Part shown: positions 1 to 9,901 of the stretch, one piece after another
Position numbering within the stretch: the stretch's first letter is position 1
Layout: every line of letters starts with the position of its first letter
Virus record (IMG/VR): IMGVR_UViG_3300025030_000042
DNA from: a virus
Taxonomy: Duplodnaviria; Caudoviricetes
Length of the DNA: 64,000 bases
Direction: 5' to 3' (one strand)
Notes under the pieces: model-generated
The model's input: only the letters and a program-made list of their open reading frames with translations
Told to the model about the DNA's origin: nothing
Database searches by the model: none
Made by a program: the position numbers and the translations under genes

Positions 1-533
1 GAAACATCTGACTTTTTTTCTAAATTCCAGCCCCAACTACATGTTTTCAGGTCGATAATATGATACTTTTGATCTGACGTCTGAATAACAAGATCAATAA
101 ACCCTTTAAAAGATATCTTTCTATTTTTATATTCTATAATATGTTCATATAATTTATCTTCTATACCAACTACTTTAAAATCTCCAAAGTGCTTCTTTAT
201 TTCTGGAGAAATATATTTAATAATGTTCAAACCTTGAACTTTCATTTCCTCGATCAGTTTTTTGTTTTCAACAAGATGTTCTTTTGATAGAGTTTTAAGT
301 TCTTTTAAAAAAGCCTTTAAAAAGAAACTATTCCAATCTTCTATATTATTATCATTTTTTATTTGGTTTTCCGCGACCGAATGTATTGCGGTTCCGAAAG
401 CAGTATGAACATTTCCTTGAAATATTTTAAGTTTATCAATATGAATAAGTTTGTGTTTAAATGCACAAAAATACCAATCTTTAAGTTCACTATAAGATAT
501 ATGTTTTTTATTGTTAGTCTTTTGAACTTCCAC
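1..533 (-). CDS. PD-(D/E)XK (RecB/Cas4-like) exonuclease, 3'-truncated by window edge
   Basis: Not in ORF track; hand translation from GTG 533: HISYSELKDWYFC..TAFGTAIH..KGFIDLV..HIIDLKT, open to position 1. Confidence 0.8.
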   Translation of the reverse strand, partial: MEVQKTNNKKHISYSELKDWYFCAFKHKLIHIDKLKIFQGNVHTAFGTAIHSVAENQIKNDNNIEDWNSFFLKAFLKELKTLSKEHLVENKKLIEEMKVQGLNIIKYISPEIKKHFGDFKVVGIEDKLYEHIIEYKNRKISFKGFIDLVIQTSDQKYHIIDLKTCSWGWNLEKKSDV

Positions 534-990
534 TATTCACCGTTTTTACTTTCTTTTCTATATTTTGTCTGGCTATATCTTTTCTTGTAATAAGTTTCGG
601 CATTTTAAGCGTTTTATCTTTTGATTCGGTTTTTATTCTTTGTATTTGTTCTTCTGAATATGTTATATCTACAACAAGTTCTTCTGCTTTTGCTTCTTCG
701 CTTTTCTTACTTAAAGTTTTAACATATTCTTTTGCTGGGATTAGATTAAAGATCCACACCCCAAATCGTTTGCGTTCGCTTACATTTGAACAGACGCAAG
801 ATTTGGAAACATATTTAATAAAATATCCAGCATCTTTCAGAGCCCGAGCAACATCTGAAGTTGTTATAGTAATCTTTTTTTCTCTATCTCCGCGCAAAGG
901 TAATGAAAGAGAGATGGTCACCACTCTTCCATCTGGAGATATAACAAGATTTTTTAAGATATCTATTTCTCTTTCCTTCGGAGTTTTCAT
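514..990 (-). CDS. hypothetical protein
   Basis: 158 aa ORF, overlaps neighbours. Confidence 0.7.
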   Translation of the reverse strand: MKTPKEREIDILKNLVISPDGRVVTISLSLPLRGDREKKITITTSDVARALKDAGYFIKYVSKSCVCSNVSERKRFGVWIFNLIPAKEYVKTLSKKSEEAKAEELVVDITYSEEQIQRIKTESKDKTLKMPKLITRKDIARQNIEKKVKTVNSGSSKD

Positions 991-1679
991 TCCTCACCTC
1001 TAACTAAAGAATCAAGTTCTTGTAACTTCTTATATAATGCTGGACAAATAGTTCTAATATTTAGATAATCCGCTTCTAAATAATAACTTTCAAATCCAAT
1101 CGCAAAGTATTCTCTAATACTTGTAATACTATATGGAGAAATAAAGTAACTGTTTGTCAATATATTTAATCGATCATATCCAATGTCATATAGAAGAAAC
1201 TTATCAAAATTTACATCATAGTTGATGTTGTTAAATACGCTCAAGTCGTTTTCAATATCTAAACTTTTTAACTGGCGATATAACATATGTCTTTTTAGTA
1301 AAAACTCTTTTAATAGTTCTTTGTCGTCATAAATAAAGTTTTTATATTTCTCTTCTACCGCGTGAGATATTTCGTGAACGATATCATCGACAATATCATC
1401 TTCATTTTCTTGATCATTTGTTAAATAAATCGCACCATCCTTAAAAGATGCGTTTACTTTTTTTGTTTCAAGTTCTGGAAAATAACCAATAAAAATATCG
1501 TCAACATCTTCGGTATAATACCAAGGAATGGTTTTCTCCAACCTATTTTTAACACTTTCAATGTTTATATGATCTGGAATAGAGTCTTTTATATAAAGAT
1601 ATATATGATCAAATAATTTCCACTGTTTTTTAGAAGTATTTTCAATATATTCAAAAGTTTTATTATCCATCGTCTTCAC
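987..1679 (-). CDS. HExxH zinc metallopeptidase-like protein
   Basis: IVHEISH plus downstream REYFA motif. Confidence 0.6.
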   Translation of the reverse strand: MKTMDNKTFEYIENTSKKQWKLFDHIYLYIKDSIPDHINIESVKNRLEKTIPWYYTEDVDDIFIGYFPELETKKVNASFKDGAIYLTNDQENEDDIVDDIVHEISHAVEEKYKNFIYDDKELLKEFLLKRHMLYRQLKSLDIENDLSVFNNINYDVNFDKFLLYDIGYDRLNILTNSYFISPYSITSIREYFAIGFESYYLEADYLNIRTICPALYKKLQELDSLVRGEE

Positions 1680-1956
1680 TCTTAAGATTATCCATATCTT
1701 TTAATGCTTGTTGATATCCAGCAAAAAAGTTTTCTTCTGCCATTATCAGCAATAACTCCGGAAACTCTTTTGCGATAGTTTCTAAAATCATTTCTACTGT
1801 AACATTTCCATCTTCTGGTTCGACCTGTTCTCCAGTATATTCAACTAGAAACTTTTTAAGTGGTGAATCTTCCACAGAGACGACTTTATTTTTCTCTTCA
1901 TTTTCAAAATCTTTTTCTTTTACGATCTTATCTTGATTTAAGGTAGAAGTATCCAT
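1663..1956 (-). CDS. hypothetical acidic protein
   Basis: 97 aa, AGGAG RBS, downstream of strong promoter. Confidence 0.75.
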   Translation of the reverse strand: MDTSTLNQDKIVKEKDFENEEKNKVVSVEDSPLKKFLVEYTGEQVEPEDGNVTVEMILETIAKEFPELLLIMAEENFFAGYQQALKDMDNLKSEDDG

Positions 1957-1985
1957 TGAAGTCTCCTTTAGGTTTTGAATATTTT

Positions 1986-2014
1986 ATTCTACATATTTTT
2001 AGTTTCTTTGTCAA
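1986..2014 (-). promoter_or_regulatory. sigma70-type promoter
   Basis: TTGACA-17-TAGAAT with extended TG. Confidence 0.8.
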
Positions 2015-2362
2015 TGTCTTTTTTAAATCTTGAATATTTTTTTCTAGGATCGAATGTTTTTTACTTTGTATATTTCTTTTTTATTTACTTTTTGTTTTCG
2101 TGTTCGTTTACTTTCGATCTACATACATTCGATCTTTGATCGATCTAACCACCAGTAAAGATTAAACTCCTTAAAAATCGCCTTGTCAAGCATTATTTTT
2201 AAATATTTTATTACTTTTTGTAATCATTGAAAATTTTGTCTTCACTTTGAATGAGAAATCTGTGCCATTTTAGGTGACACATAATCCATTTTTTTGTTCA
2301 GTCTATTATTCAACTAGCTTTTCAATTATTGGTACATACTTATTTATATAGGAGAAAATATT

Positions 2363-3082
2363 ATGTTTTTTAAAGTAGTAAGTTTGCTCGTTTCTTCTTT
2401 CGTTTTACTTTCGTGTCATCCAAAAATAGAAATGTCAAATATTATAAATTATCAAAAATCTGTTTTACCATTTCAATCTTTCGTTAAAATATCAAGACTT
2501 GTAAAAGTTAAAATATGTATTGGAACCAAGTGTATTGAAAGAATAGGAAAATCTAATGGTTCAGGTTCCATTATAACAAAAAAAAGTCGCGCTGGTCAAT
2601 ATGTTTTAACTGCTGGACATATGTGTGAAAAGTCTGAAATTTCACTTTTTGAAGAAGTTTCTTCTAAAATAGTTATTAGGGATTTTGATGATAACGAACA
2701 CGAAGCAACAATAGTAAAAATTGATTCTGAAAATGATATTTGTTTGTTATTATCCAGTACTTTAAATAAACCATCGATTATGATATCTTCAAATCCTTTA
2801 GAATCTGGAGAAAGAATCTATAATGTGGCTGCCCCAGGTGGTGTGTTTTTTAAACAAGTGGTTCCAGTATTTGAAGGTATCTTCAGCGGAACTACTTATG
2901 ATAAAAAATACGATGTATATTCTATTTTTGGCGCGCCCGGTTCAAGTGGGTCTATGGTATTAAACTATCGCGGCTATTTGGTTGGTATTATTGTAGAAGG
3001 ATATCGCGGTATTAATGTTATGCGTGGTCCGAACTATGATATCATCAAAAAATTTCTTTTCAGTGTTTTAAAAAAGTGTTGA
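2363..3082 (+). CDS. trypsin-like serine protease with lipoprotein-like N-terminus
   Basis: VLTAGHMC, D-ICLL, PGSSGS catalytic triad motifs; LLSC lipobox-like. Confidence 0.85.
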   Translation: MFFKVVSLLVSSFVLLSCHPKIEMSNIINYQKSVLPFQSFVKISRLVKVKICIGTKCIERIGKSNGSGSIITKKSRAGQYVLTAGHMCEKSEISLFEEVSSKIVIRDFDDNEHEATIVKIDSENDICLLLSSTLNKPSIMISSNPLESGERIYNVAAPGGVFFKQVVPVFEGIFSGTTYDKKYDVYSIFGAPGSSGSMVLNYRGYLVGIIVEGYRGINVMRGPNYDIIKKFLFSVLKKC

Positions 3083-3112
3083 CAACTTAAAATTTTGCTA
3101 TAACATATATTT

Positions 3113-3550
3113 ATGTCTCTCCCCAGTTATTGGCGTTACAACGAACTTACAAGTAAACACGATATTGATTTAAAATATTTTTCTGTTTCCAAAAATCTTA
3201 AACTTCAAAATAAAATATCTGAAGAGTTTGAGGTTATGTTAAATCAGTTATCTTTAGAAGAAATCATCGCTTTAAAACTTGAACTTGGAAGTAAGGCGCT
3301 GGGCGGAAAACTTTTTGGTTTTTCATTTTGGAAAATATTAAATAGTCTTACAAAAGATGCTATTTTGAAATATGCTTTTTCTGCTTGCGTTAACAAGTTC
3401 GAAGCAATGACATTTATAGGATTAAATCATCAAGCATTTAAAAAATATATTTACAAGTATAAAATATTTCAATATTTCAGAGCACTTACGAAACATCAAG
3501 AGCGAATGAAAATTTCTCTTGACAAGATAAAAGAGACTGATCTAACATAG
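3113..3550 (+). CDS. putative Fis-like HTH DNA-binding protein
   Basis: C-terminal ILKYAFSACVNKFEAMTFIGLNHQAFKKYIYKY resembles Fis HTH pattern. Confidence 0.45.
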   Translation: MSLPSYWRYNELTSKHDIDLKYFSVSKNLKLQNKISEEFEVMLNQLSLEEIIALKLELGSKALGGKLFGFSFWKILNSLTKDAILKYAFSACVNKFEAMTFIGLNHQAFKKYIYKYKIFQYFRALTKHQERMKISLDKIKETDLT

Positions 3551-3581
3551 ACTTGTTCGCCATTACGAAAAGGAGATTAAA

Positions 3582-3845
3582 ATGGCACTAAATAATCAAA
3601 AAAGGGATTTTGATCCGGAGAAGTTGGTAGTATTTTTTGAAGGAAAGTTTATCGTTAACGAAAGAACTGAATGTATTGCGCGTGTTTATTCTTATGATGG
3701 AGGAGAAAAGAGGATTAAAATCCTTTCGGAGCAATCTCGGCGAGATGGAACAAAGAGGATACTAAAGCAATGTCCATCTTTTTCAAATCCAGAACATATT
3801 AGTCAATTAACGCAACTACTTACGGATTGTAGTAATTATCTATAA
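3582..3845 (+). CDS. hypothetical protein, possibly PC4-like ssDNA-binding fold
   Basis: AGGAG RBS; VYSYDGGEKRIKI pattern. Confidence 0.4.
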   Translation: MALNNQKRDFDPEKLVVFFEGKFIVNERTECIARVYSYDGGEKRIKILSEQSRRDGTKRILKQCPSFSNPEHISQLTQLLTDCSNYL

Positions 3846-3854
3846 GGAAATAAA

Positions 3855-4133
3855 ATGGCTTCAAAAGATTTAACCCAACAAGATCTTTATAAAAAAGAAT
3901 ATTATGAAACTTGCCCTGTAAGACAGGGTACACCTCTCAAAGTCTCTGATCTGGAAAGAGATCCAGAGTTTAAAGATACAATGAATAAATATTTTAATGC
4001 TGGATATACTATGGCAACACCAGAAAGCTTTGAAGCAAAGTTTCCAAACGCCAACTACGATCTAATGATTAAAGAAAAGGTTATTGCTTTAATGACACCA
4101 GAAAAAACTCTGGTGCGTGAAATATTCAGATGA
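3855..4133 (+). CDS. hypothetical protein
   Basis: 92 aa, AAGGA RBS. Confidence 0.7.
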   Translation: MASKDLTQQDLYKKEYYETCPVRQGTPLKVSDLERDPEFKDTMNKYFNAGYTMATPESFEAKFPNANYDLMIKEKVIALMTPEKTLVREIFR

Positions 4134-4206
4134 AAAAGAAGAATGCCCAGTATTTTTTTTCTGGGATGTGCTTGAAAATAGTTTACACTAAAAGGAGGAT
4201 AAGTAA

Positions 4207-4290
4207 ATGCTTTATGTGCTTGTAGCAGTCACTGGATTGGCAGTAGGTCTTCTACTTCCAGTAGCACTTCGCAAAATTCAAAATCTGTAA
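4207..4290 (+). CDS. 27 aa membrane peptide
   Basis: AGGAGG RBS; MLYVLVAVTGLAVGLLLPVALRKIQNL; below ORF-track cutoff. Confidence 0.65.
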   Translation: MLYVLVAVTGLAVGLLLPVALRKIQNL

Positions 4291-4324
4291 TGCTCCAAAT
4301 TGGTTACCCTATGGGTGGATTCTT

Positions 4325-4351
4325 CCGTGTAGGATGGGACACGGTTTTCTT
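4325..4351 (+). terminator. intrinsic terminator
   Basis: CCGTGT/ACACGG hairpin followed by TTTTCTT. Confidence 0.55.
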
Positions 4352-4366
4352 AAAAAAGAGTGATAT

Positions 4367-5068
4367 ATGATATATAAAAAACACTTTTTCTTAAATAGAA
4401 AAAAGCGCAAATATTCTTCTTGTTCAAAGTGCGATGGTCAAGAAGATGGTGACAATCTTGACCCAAGAATAGTAAGAAAAGTTACTCACCCACTATATCC
4501 ATTTTTTGATGATGAGGGTGATGAACAAGAATCAAGCGGCATTGAGGTAAACGATAATCATATATTATTTTATACTAATGTCAATAAATCTAGCGCATTG
4601 ATGTTAAACAAATCGATCCAGCAACTCAATAAAGAACTTTTAATTAATTCCATCATTCTCAATAATCCTGTAGCGCATATTTATCTTCATATCAATAGTG
4701 ATGGTGGAAATCTTTTTGATGGAATGAGTTGTGTTGATTATATTCGTAATTCAAAACTACAAATCCACAGTATTGTCGATGGTTCGGCAGCGTCAGCGGC
4801 AACAATGATGTCAGTCGTTGCTAAACACAGAGCAATCAATCGTCACGGATTTATGCTTATTCATCAGTTATCTGGTGGTATTATGGGATCGTTTGAAGAG
4901 TTAAAGGACGATTGGGAAAATGCCAAAATCTTAATGGATACAATGAGAGAAATATATAAAGAACATACGAAGATTCCAAAAAAGAAATTAGACGAGATTC
5001 TTCAAAGGGACATTTGGTTTGACGCGAAACAATGTTTAGCTTATGGATTAGTGGACGAAATATTATGA
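4367..5068 (+). CDS. clpP: ClpP-family serine protease
   Basis: LHINSDGG, GSAASAA, MLIHQL, DIWFDAKQCLAYGLVD motifs. Confidence 0.88.
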   Translation: MIYKKHFFLNRKKRKYSSCSKCDGQEDGDNLDPRIVRKVTHPLYPFFDDEGDEQESSGIEVNDNHILFYTNVNKSSALMLNKSIQQLNKELLINSIILNNPVAHIYLHINSDGGNLFDGMSCVDYIRNSKLQIHSIVDGSAASAATMMSVVAKHRAINRHGFMLIHQLSGGIMGSFEELKDDWENAKILMDTMREIYKEHTKIPKKKLDEILQRDIWFDAKQCLAYGLVDEIL

Positions 5069-5283
5069 TGATCGATCCATTCTTTACCAAATTTAGAGTT
5101 GGTCAACTCATCGATGCTTCAAAAGTTTCTGGCATAAAAGAAGATTATGGGATTATTTTTAATCTTACCGAAGAAAATATTAAAATGTATTTTGCTAAAA
5201 ATTGTGAAAATCATCGTTTAGAAATTTGGAACAAAGAAGGAGAACAGCATCTTATAAAAGATCTTAAAATTATTTTTAAATAA
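5065..5283 (+). CDS. small K(V/I)GDL-family protein
   Basis: FRVGQLI..YGIIF; start re-picked at ATG 5065. Confidence 0.65.
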   Translation: MMIDPFFTKFRVGQLIDASKVSGIKEDYGIIFNLTEENIKMYFAKNCENHRLEIWNKEGEQHLIKDLKIIFK

Positions 5284-5285
5284 CA

Positions 5286-5511
5286 ATGAAAAATCCTTTC
5301 AAAAATATAAAAGTCGGTCAGATTGTTGACGCATCATCATATAGTCTTATAGAAAATGACTATGGATGGGATCGTATATGATATTTCTGTCAATAGTATT
5401 AAACTTTATTTCTTAAAAAGCAGCAAGTTAGGAACCGGCAATGCACAACTAGAGGATTGGGATAGAGCCACCTTTTCGCATATTTTAAAAGATATCAAAA
5501 TCGTTAAATAG
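5286..5511 (+). pseudogene. frameshifted tandem paralog of 5065..5283
   Basis: 4-bp ATGG duplication at 5362-5369 breaks KVGQIV..DYG/IVYDIS..KLYF..DIKIVK. Confidence 0.7.
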
Positions 5512-6457
5512 AAACTTCTTCTTCCGAACCGATATCTTCGTCATCACTCCCAAAGTCAACACTGTCGCTTCCCAAATCATTTTTTTTATCTTCATATTCA
5601 TCGGTCGTAAGTTCCGGAACGCTTGTTTGAAGTTCATCTTCCCACTTATCAAAATATAGTTTAAGATTGGTTATAAGATAATCCGTAAATAACTCAATAT
5701 CTTCTTCATTTCCCAAAAGATGATATGAATCCATTATGTTTTTCTGGATTGTATTAAAAGTTTCCAACGCCATATTTCGTCCGGTTTCATCTTCTCCGGG
5801 AATAGAAAAACGATCAAGTTCTTCGTCTTCTTCAGATTTTTTATTTCCTTGTATTCCGCCGGTCGGATTTTCTATATCAATAAACTTGTTTTCATCTTCT
5901 TCGTCTGAACCGAACTCAACATCACCTTTAATATCATTATCAGATAAAGAAACATCTACATCTTCACTTAACGACATCTCATCTTCTTCATCTTCTAACG
6001 CCGGTTTTGTTCGTTCTCTTTGAATATCATTCATTACAGCATTGACGATATGTGCTTTAAACGATTTTCTTTGTTCTGGAGAAGTAGTTAAATCTTTGTA
6101 ATCATCTTCTAGTGCCGGAATGATTTTCTTTAGAAGATCTTCGAGAATATTGATTCCAGTAGATTGATGAGGAATACGATCTTCTTTGCTTTTTGCTTCC
6201 GTGATTCTTTTAAGAATGTTTTGAATGTTTTCGCGGAGTTTCATTTCTTCAATAAACTCTTTTCTATCAATCATTTTATAATCTTTTTGTTTACCAGATG
6301 AAAAAGCCATACCGCCTCCGGACATTCCTGATGATTCGTCGAGATCATCTTCACTTTCGACTTCTTTTATATCACAGCGCTCAAGACCTTTTCCATTTTT
6401 AGTTTTAACAATCGATTCTTGAATGATTTCTTCTATTTGTTTTTGTGTCAATGACAT
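5504..6457 (-). CDS. highly acidic hypothetical protein, possible internal virion protein
   Basis: 317 aa, D/E rich. Confidence 0.7.
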   Translation of the reverse strand: MSLTQKQIEEIIQESIVKTKNGKGLERCDIKEVESEDDLDESSGMSGGGMAFSSGKQKDYKMIDRKEFIEEMKLRENIQNILKRITEAKSKEDRIPHQSTGINILEDLLKKIIPALEDDYKDLTTSPEQRKSFKAHIVNAVMNDIQRERTKPALEDEEDEMSLSEDVDVSLSDNDIKGDVEFGSDEEDENKFIDIENPTGGIQGNKKSEEDEELDRFSIPGEDETGRNMALETFNTIQKNIMDSYHLLGNEEDIELFTDYLITNLKLYFDKWEDELQTSVPELTTDEYEDKKNDLGSDSVDFGSDDEDIGSEEEVSI

Positions 6458-6458
6458 T

Positions 6459-8303
6459 TTATATTCTTATTATTGCTCCTTCGTATATTGAACTCGTAGC
6501 TTGTTCATTAACAATATTCCAAGCGGTATTTTTCTCTTCTTCGGATAAATGTTCTGGCATATACTCTTTAAATAGTTTTTGATTGTCGGAAGCAATAATA
6601 TTTCTCAATTCTGTTCCGGAAATACCACTTGAAAACATCGGCGTGTTTATAATCTTTACTTTAACGCCCAACTTATTTTGATCCGACCATTCTTGTGCTT
6701 TGGAGAAGCGATCGTCTTGAGCATCTTTTTTGCCGAGACCAAACAAAATGGTGTCTCCAGGATTCATTGAAGACATAACATCATAAGCAGATTTAACCGG
6801 ACTTGAATCTTTTGAAATCATTACTTCGATCTTTGGATCGTTTTGCGTAAACATTTTCCAAAGATATATTGAAACTTTTTTGGTTATAACAACTCGTTTA
6901 TCAACGCTATGCCCCGTTCGTTCTTTCGGAGATACAAAAATATATACTTTTGTTACTTCTGGAATGTCCGCAAGATATTTGGCAACTTGATAGTGACCAG
7001 CGTGCGGAGGTTTGAACCCTCCAGGAACTACAGCTATCATATTTCCTGTATAAAGTTCATTAGAAGCGGTGTTTTGTTCAACTTTATTATACTCTACAAT
7101 AGGGGTATGATTTTTTTCTCTACCGAAGCGCTTCATTCCACAGATTTGATTCGCTGGAGCAAAGCAACCCGTCATTTTATATGCTTTATTTTTATACTCA
7201 AAAACGATGCCTTCCATAGAAGTATTTATGCGATTTAAGTCTTTTAGTTTCCGCATATTAGATAAAAGAAAGTTAATATTTTCTCTATTTCCACTGGATT
7301 TTATTTCTTCTATAGAGTCGTTTATGGTTTGACGATATTTCTTGACTGCCGAAATATGATCGTTGATTAAAACGCTATGATTTCCATTTAAAAGTTCTGT
7401 TGAAAAGTCAGTAACAATCTCTTCTAAAGGAAATAATGCTCCTTGAATAATAGAAATGGAGCGCTTTTTGATTTCTGTGATGCGTTCTTTAAGTTCTCGC
7501 GGTGAACCTTTGGGTAATACAAGTTTTTCATTACCTAAAATATTCTCAATAACGATATTTTGAATAACTTCAGATACCTCTGGAAGTCTTTTTTCTACAT
7601 ATGGTGCTATTTTTGACTTCAAATACTCTTCAATCGTATTGCTTTCGCTTGTTTTTGATGAAAATAGTAGTTTTTCAAGACTTATTTTGGCGTTTCTGAA
7701 AACAAGATCGTTTTCAAGAGGATTTAGATCTCTTACTTTATTGGAAAATATCGGAATATTGTTTTTTGTTGATTTTTTTTCCAATATTTCAAGAGTTTCG
7801 CCGATATCATAAGAAAGTTCAGCAACATTTAAAGTCAAAATCTCATTTGTCTCTGGAATATATTGTTTGTGACCGTTATTATGAATCATAATGCCGGATT
7901 TTTCGTATTCCAAAAGGTTTTTTGCGTTCGGTCCAAATAAATCGGCGTTATAAAAGACCGTTCCTTCTTGAAACATCTCTTTTTTTACATATTTTGGAAT
8001 ATGTGAGAGAGCTTCATTAAAAGATTTGAGACTTTCAATATAAATGTTCTTTACTTTGTTCCCGCCGGCAAAATCTCGCTCCAATAAGACACCAAGTGTC
8101 ATTCCGCCGGATCGAATATCACCAAGATTTCGCGCCAAAGTCGCTTGTTCATTTTTATATGATAATAAAGCGTTAAATCCGTCTATTTTTTCAACGACGG
8201 GAAGTTTTCCGGCGGATAACAAAGAAAATATTTTTTTAATATCGCGAAAGGTTAGTTCTCGATCATCGTAAATGTGATTTAAGTGACCCGATGCTCCAGC
8301 CAT
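6459..8303 (-). CDS. ligase-like (KxDG) domain fused to HIGH-motif cytidylyltransferase-like domain
   Basis: EKIDG, EGIVF..YK, then GGFKPPHAGH and ISGTELR; start re-picked at ATG 8303. Confidence 0.7.
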   Translation of the reverse strand: MAGASGHLNHIYDDRELTFRDIKKIFSLLSAGKLPVVEKIDGFNALLSYKNEQATLARNLGDIRSGGMTLGVLLERDFAGGNKVKNIYIESLKSFNEALSHIPKYVKKEMFQEGTVFYNADLFGPNAKNLLEYEKSGIMIHNNGHKQYIPETNEILTLNVAELSYDIGETLEILEKKSTKNNIPIFSNKVRDLNPLENDLVFRNAKISLEKLLFSSKTSESNTIEEYLKSKIAPYVEKRLPEVSEVIQNIVIENILGNEKLVLPKGSPRELKERITEIKKRSISIIQGALFPLEEIVTDFSTELLNGNHSVLINDHISAVKKYRQTINDSIEEIKSSGNRENINFLLSNMRKLKDLNRINTSMEGIVFEYKNKAYKMTGCFAPANQICGMKRFGREKNHTPIVEYNKVEQNTASNELYTGNMIAVVPGGFKPPHAGHYQVAKYLADIPEVTKVYIFVSPKERTGHSVDKRVVITKKVSIYLWKMFTQNDPKIEVMISKDSSPVKSAYDVMSSMNPGDTILFGLGKKDAQDDRFSKAQEWSDQNKLGVKVKIINTPMFSSGISGTELRNIIASDNQKLFKEYMPEHLSEEEKNTAWNIVNEQATSSIYEGAIIRI

Positions 8304-8304
8304 T

Positions 8305-8988
8305 TTATTCGTCCTTTTGAAATACCATATTTTTAACATATTGATTCATAAACTTTTCTTTTATTTCTGAATCATAATGATTTTCATTATATATTTCTTT
8401 ATATTTATATTTCTTCATAAAATGATATATTTCAACAAAACTAAAAAACTTATATGGAATCTTTTTTTCTAAAAAACCTTGTAACGAATAAAAAGATTGT
8501 TTTTCTAATGTTATTGGAACCCGTAATAATAAAATGTATTTTGGAGAAAACAAACAAAACTTTTCTATTATTTTATCATCATTCCAACAATATTGAATAG
8601 CAGAGTTAGAATGAATGATATCAAACTTTTGATTTAAATCAATGTTATTTATTGAAAAACGATATTCTACATTATCAATATTGCCCCTATTCTTAATATT
8701 TTCACATATTCGTTTATCTTCAATAATAATATATTTTTTAATATTTTCTTTTTCAAAAATACTTCCAAAAACATTTATAAAATGTTCACCATAACTACCA
8801 CCGTGATCTAAAATAGAAAGCGATTGTTTTTCTGATAAGAGAAGTTTCAAATATTGAATATAGATTTCATCGTGTTTAACGGACAATATTTGTCCAGAAG
8901 TATAAATGGGATATAAATAATCTGACGGTTGTCTTTCAACAATGTCTTTTATTTCGGACAATGTAAATCGTCCATCAAACATTTCCAT
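8305..8988 (-). CDS. class I SAM-dependent methyltransferase
   Basis: ILDHGGSYG motif I, FDIIHSNSAIQY. Confidence 0.75.
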   Translation of the reverse strand: MEMFDGRFTLSEIKDIVERQPSDYLYPIYTSGQILSVKHDEIYIQYLKLLLSEKQSLSILDHGGSYGEHFINVFGSIFEKENIKKYIIIEDKRICENIKNRGNIDNVEYRFSINNIDLNQKFDIIHSNSAIQYCWNDDKIIEKFCLFSPKYILLLRVPITLEKQSFYSLQGFLEKKIPYKFFSFVEIYHFMKKYKYKEIYNENHYDSEIKEKFMNQYVKNMVFQKDE

Positions 8989-9248
8989 TATCTCTTTGTT
9001 TGTTCTTCTAAAAGTTTGACTTGTTCTTCAAGAATGGATATTTTTTCCATAAGTTTTCTGCTATTTCGTCGGATTTCGTGAAGGTGTTGCTTTGCGATTG
9101 ATAAATCGTTTTGTTCACGAACCGTTCGTGGAGTTAAACGATTTAAAATCTCTGAAAGCGCTTGAACATAACTCGTTAAAGTAGGTGTTGGAGTTTCACC
9201 TTCGTTTAAAATAAACTGGCGAGTTATATCATTTAGATTAATCTTCAC
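8988..9248 (-). CDS. hypothetical coiled-coil protein
   Basis: 86 aa, abuts neighbours. Confidence 0.7.
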   Translation of the reverse strand: MKINLNDITRQFILNEGETPTPTLTSYVQALSEILNRLTPRTVREQNDLSIAKQHLHEIRRNSRKLMEKISILEEQVKLLEEQTKR

Positions 9249-9510
9249 TTTTCTTTAAACTCTTTCGTAAAGCAAATCCGCGAAGTTGTTTCTTTGGTTT
9301 TTCTTCTTCTATACGATCTTCCGATAAAACTTCATCTGTTTGTTTTTCAGATATCGCTTTTTCAACCATTTTTTCAAAATTTGGTTCTTTTTCGGTTCTT
9401 TCTTCGATATAAAGATCCAAATCATCTTTTTCGACATCCACTTTATTTAAAAGTGCTTTCTTTTCTTCTTTGATCTTATTTCGCAGTCTTTTTAGTCTTT
9501 TGCTGGGCAT
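9238..9510 (-). CDS. hypothetical charged protein
   Basis: 90 aa K/E rich. Confidence 0.65.
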   Translation of the reverse strand: MPSKRLKRLRNKIKEEKKALLNKVDVEKDDLDLYIEERTEKEPNFEKMVEKAISEKQTDEVLSEDRIEEEKPKKQLRGFALRKSLKKSED

Positions 9511-9511
9511 A

Positions 9512-9901
9512 TTAAATATTATCCTCTCTATTTCCTTTTATTGTTTTATCCAAAGCAACAATAAGATCGTCAACAAAACCTTGTTGCTTTTCGTTTGATA
9601 GTTGATCATATGTTTTCTGAAGTTGTTTAATAGCATCTTGTAAGAGTCCAATCGGAGCGTGTTCACCTTTAAATGCCAGTTTTGAAACTTCCACCAAAGG
9701 TCCAGTATGCCATATCGAAAGCGGTTTGGCAAGTTCTTTGTCAACAACGACAAGACTTTTCGGATCGAGTTTATCTGCTTCCGGTTCGTTATACGAAAGA
9801 CGAGTGTCTTCTTTCAATAAACCAAATTTCTTTAATAATGATTTTCTGACACCATCATTATGATTTTCAAAAAGTTTTGCGTATTCAATATCCCAAGACA
9901 T
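9512..9901 (-). CDS. hypothetical protein
   Basis: 129 aa; LLKKFGLLKE shared with next gene (LMKKFGILKE). Confidence 0.7.
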   Translation of the reverse strand: MSWDIEYAKLFENHNDGVRKSLLKKFGLLKEDTRLSYNEPEADKLDPKSLVVVDKELAKPLSIWHTGPLVEVSKLAFKGEHAPIGLLQDAIKQLQKTYDQLSNEKQQGFVDDLIVALDKTIKGNREDNI

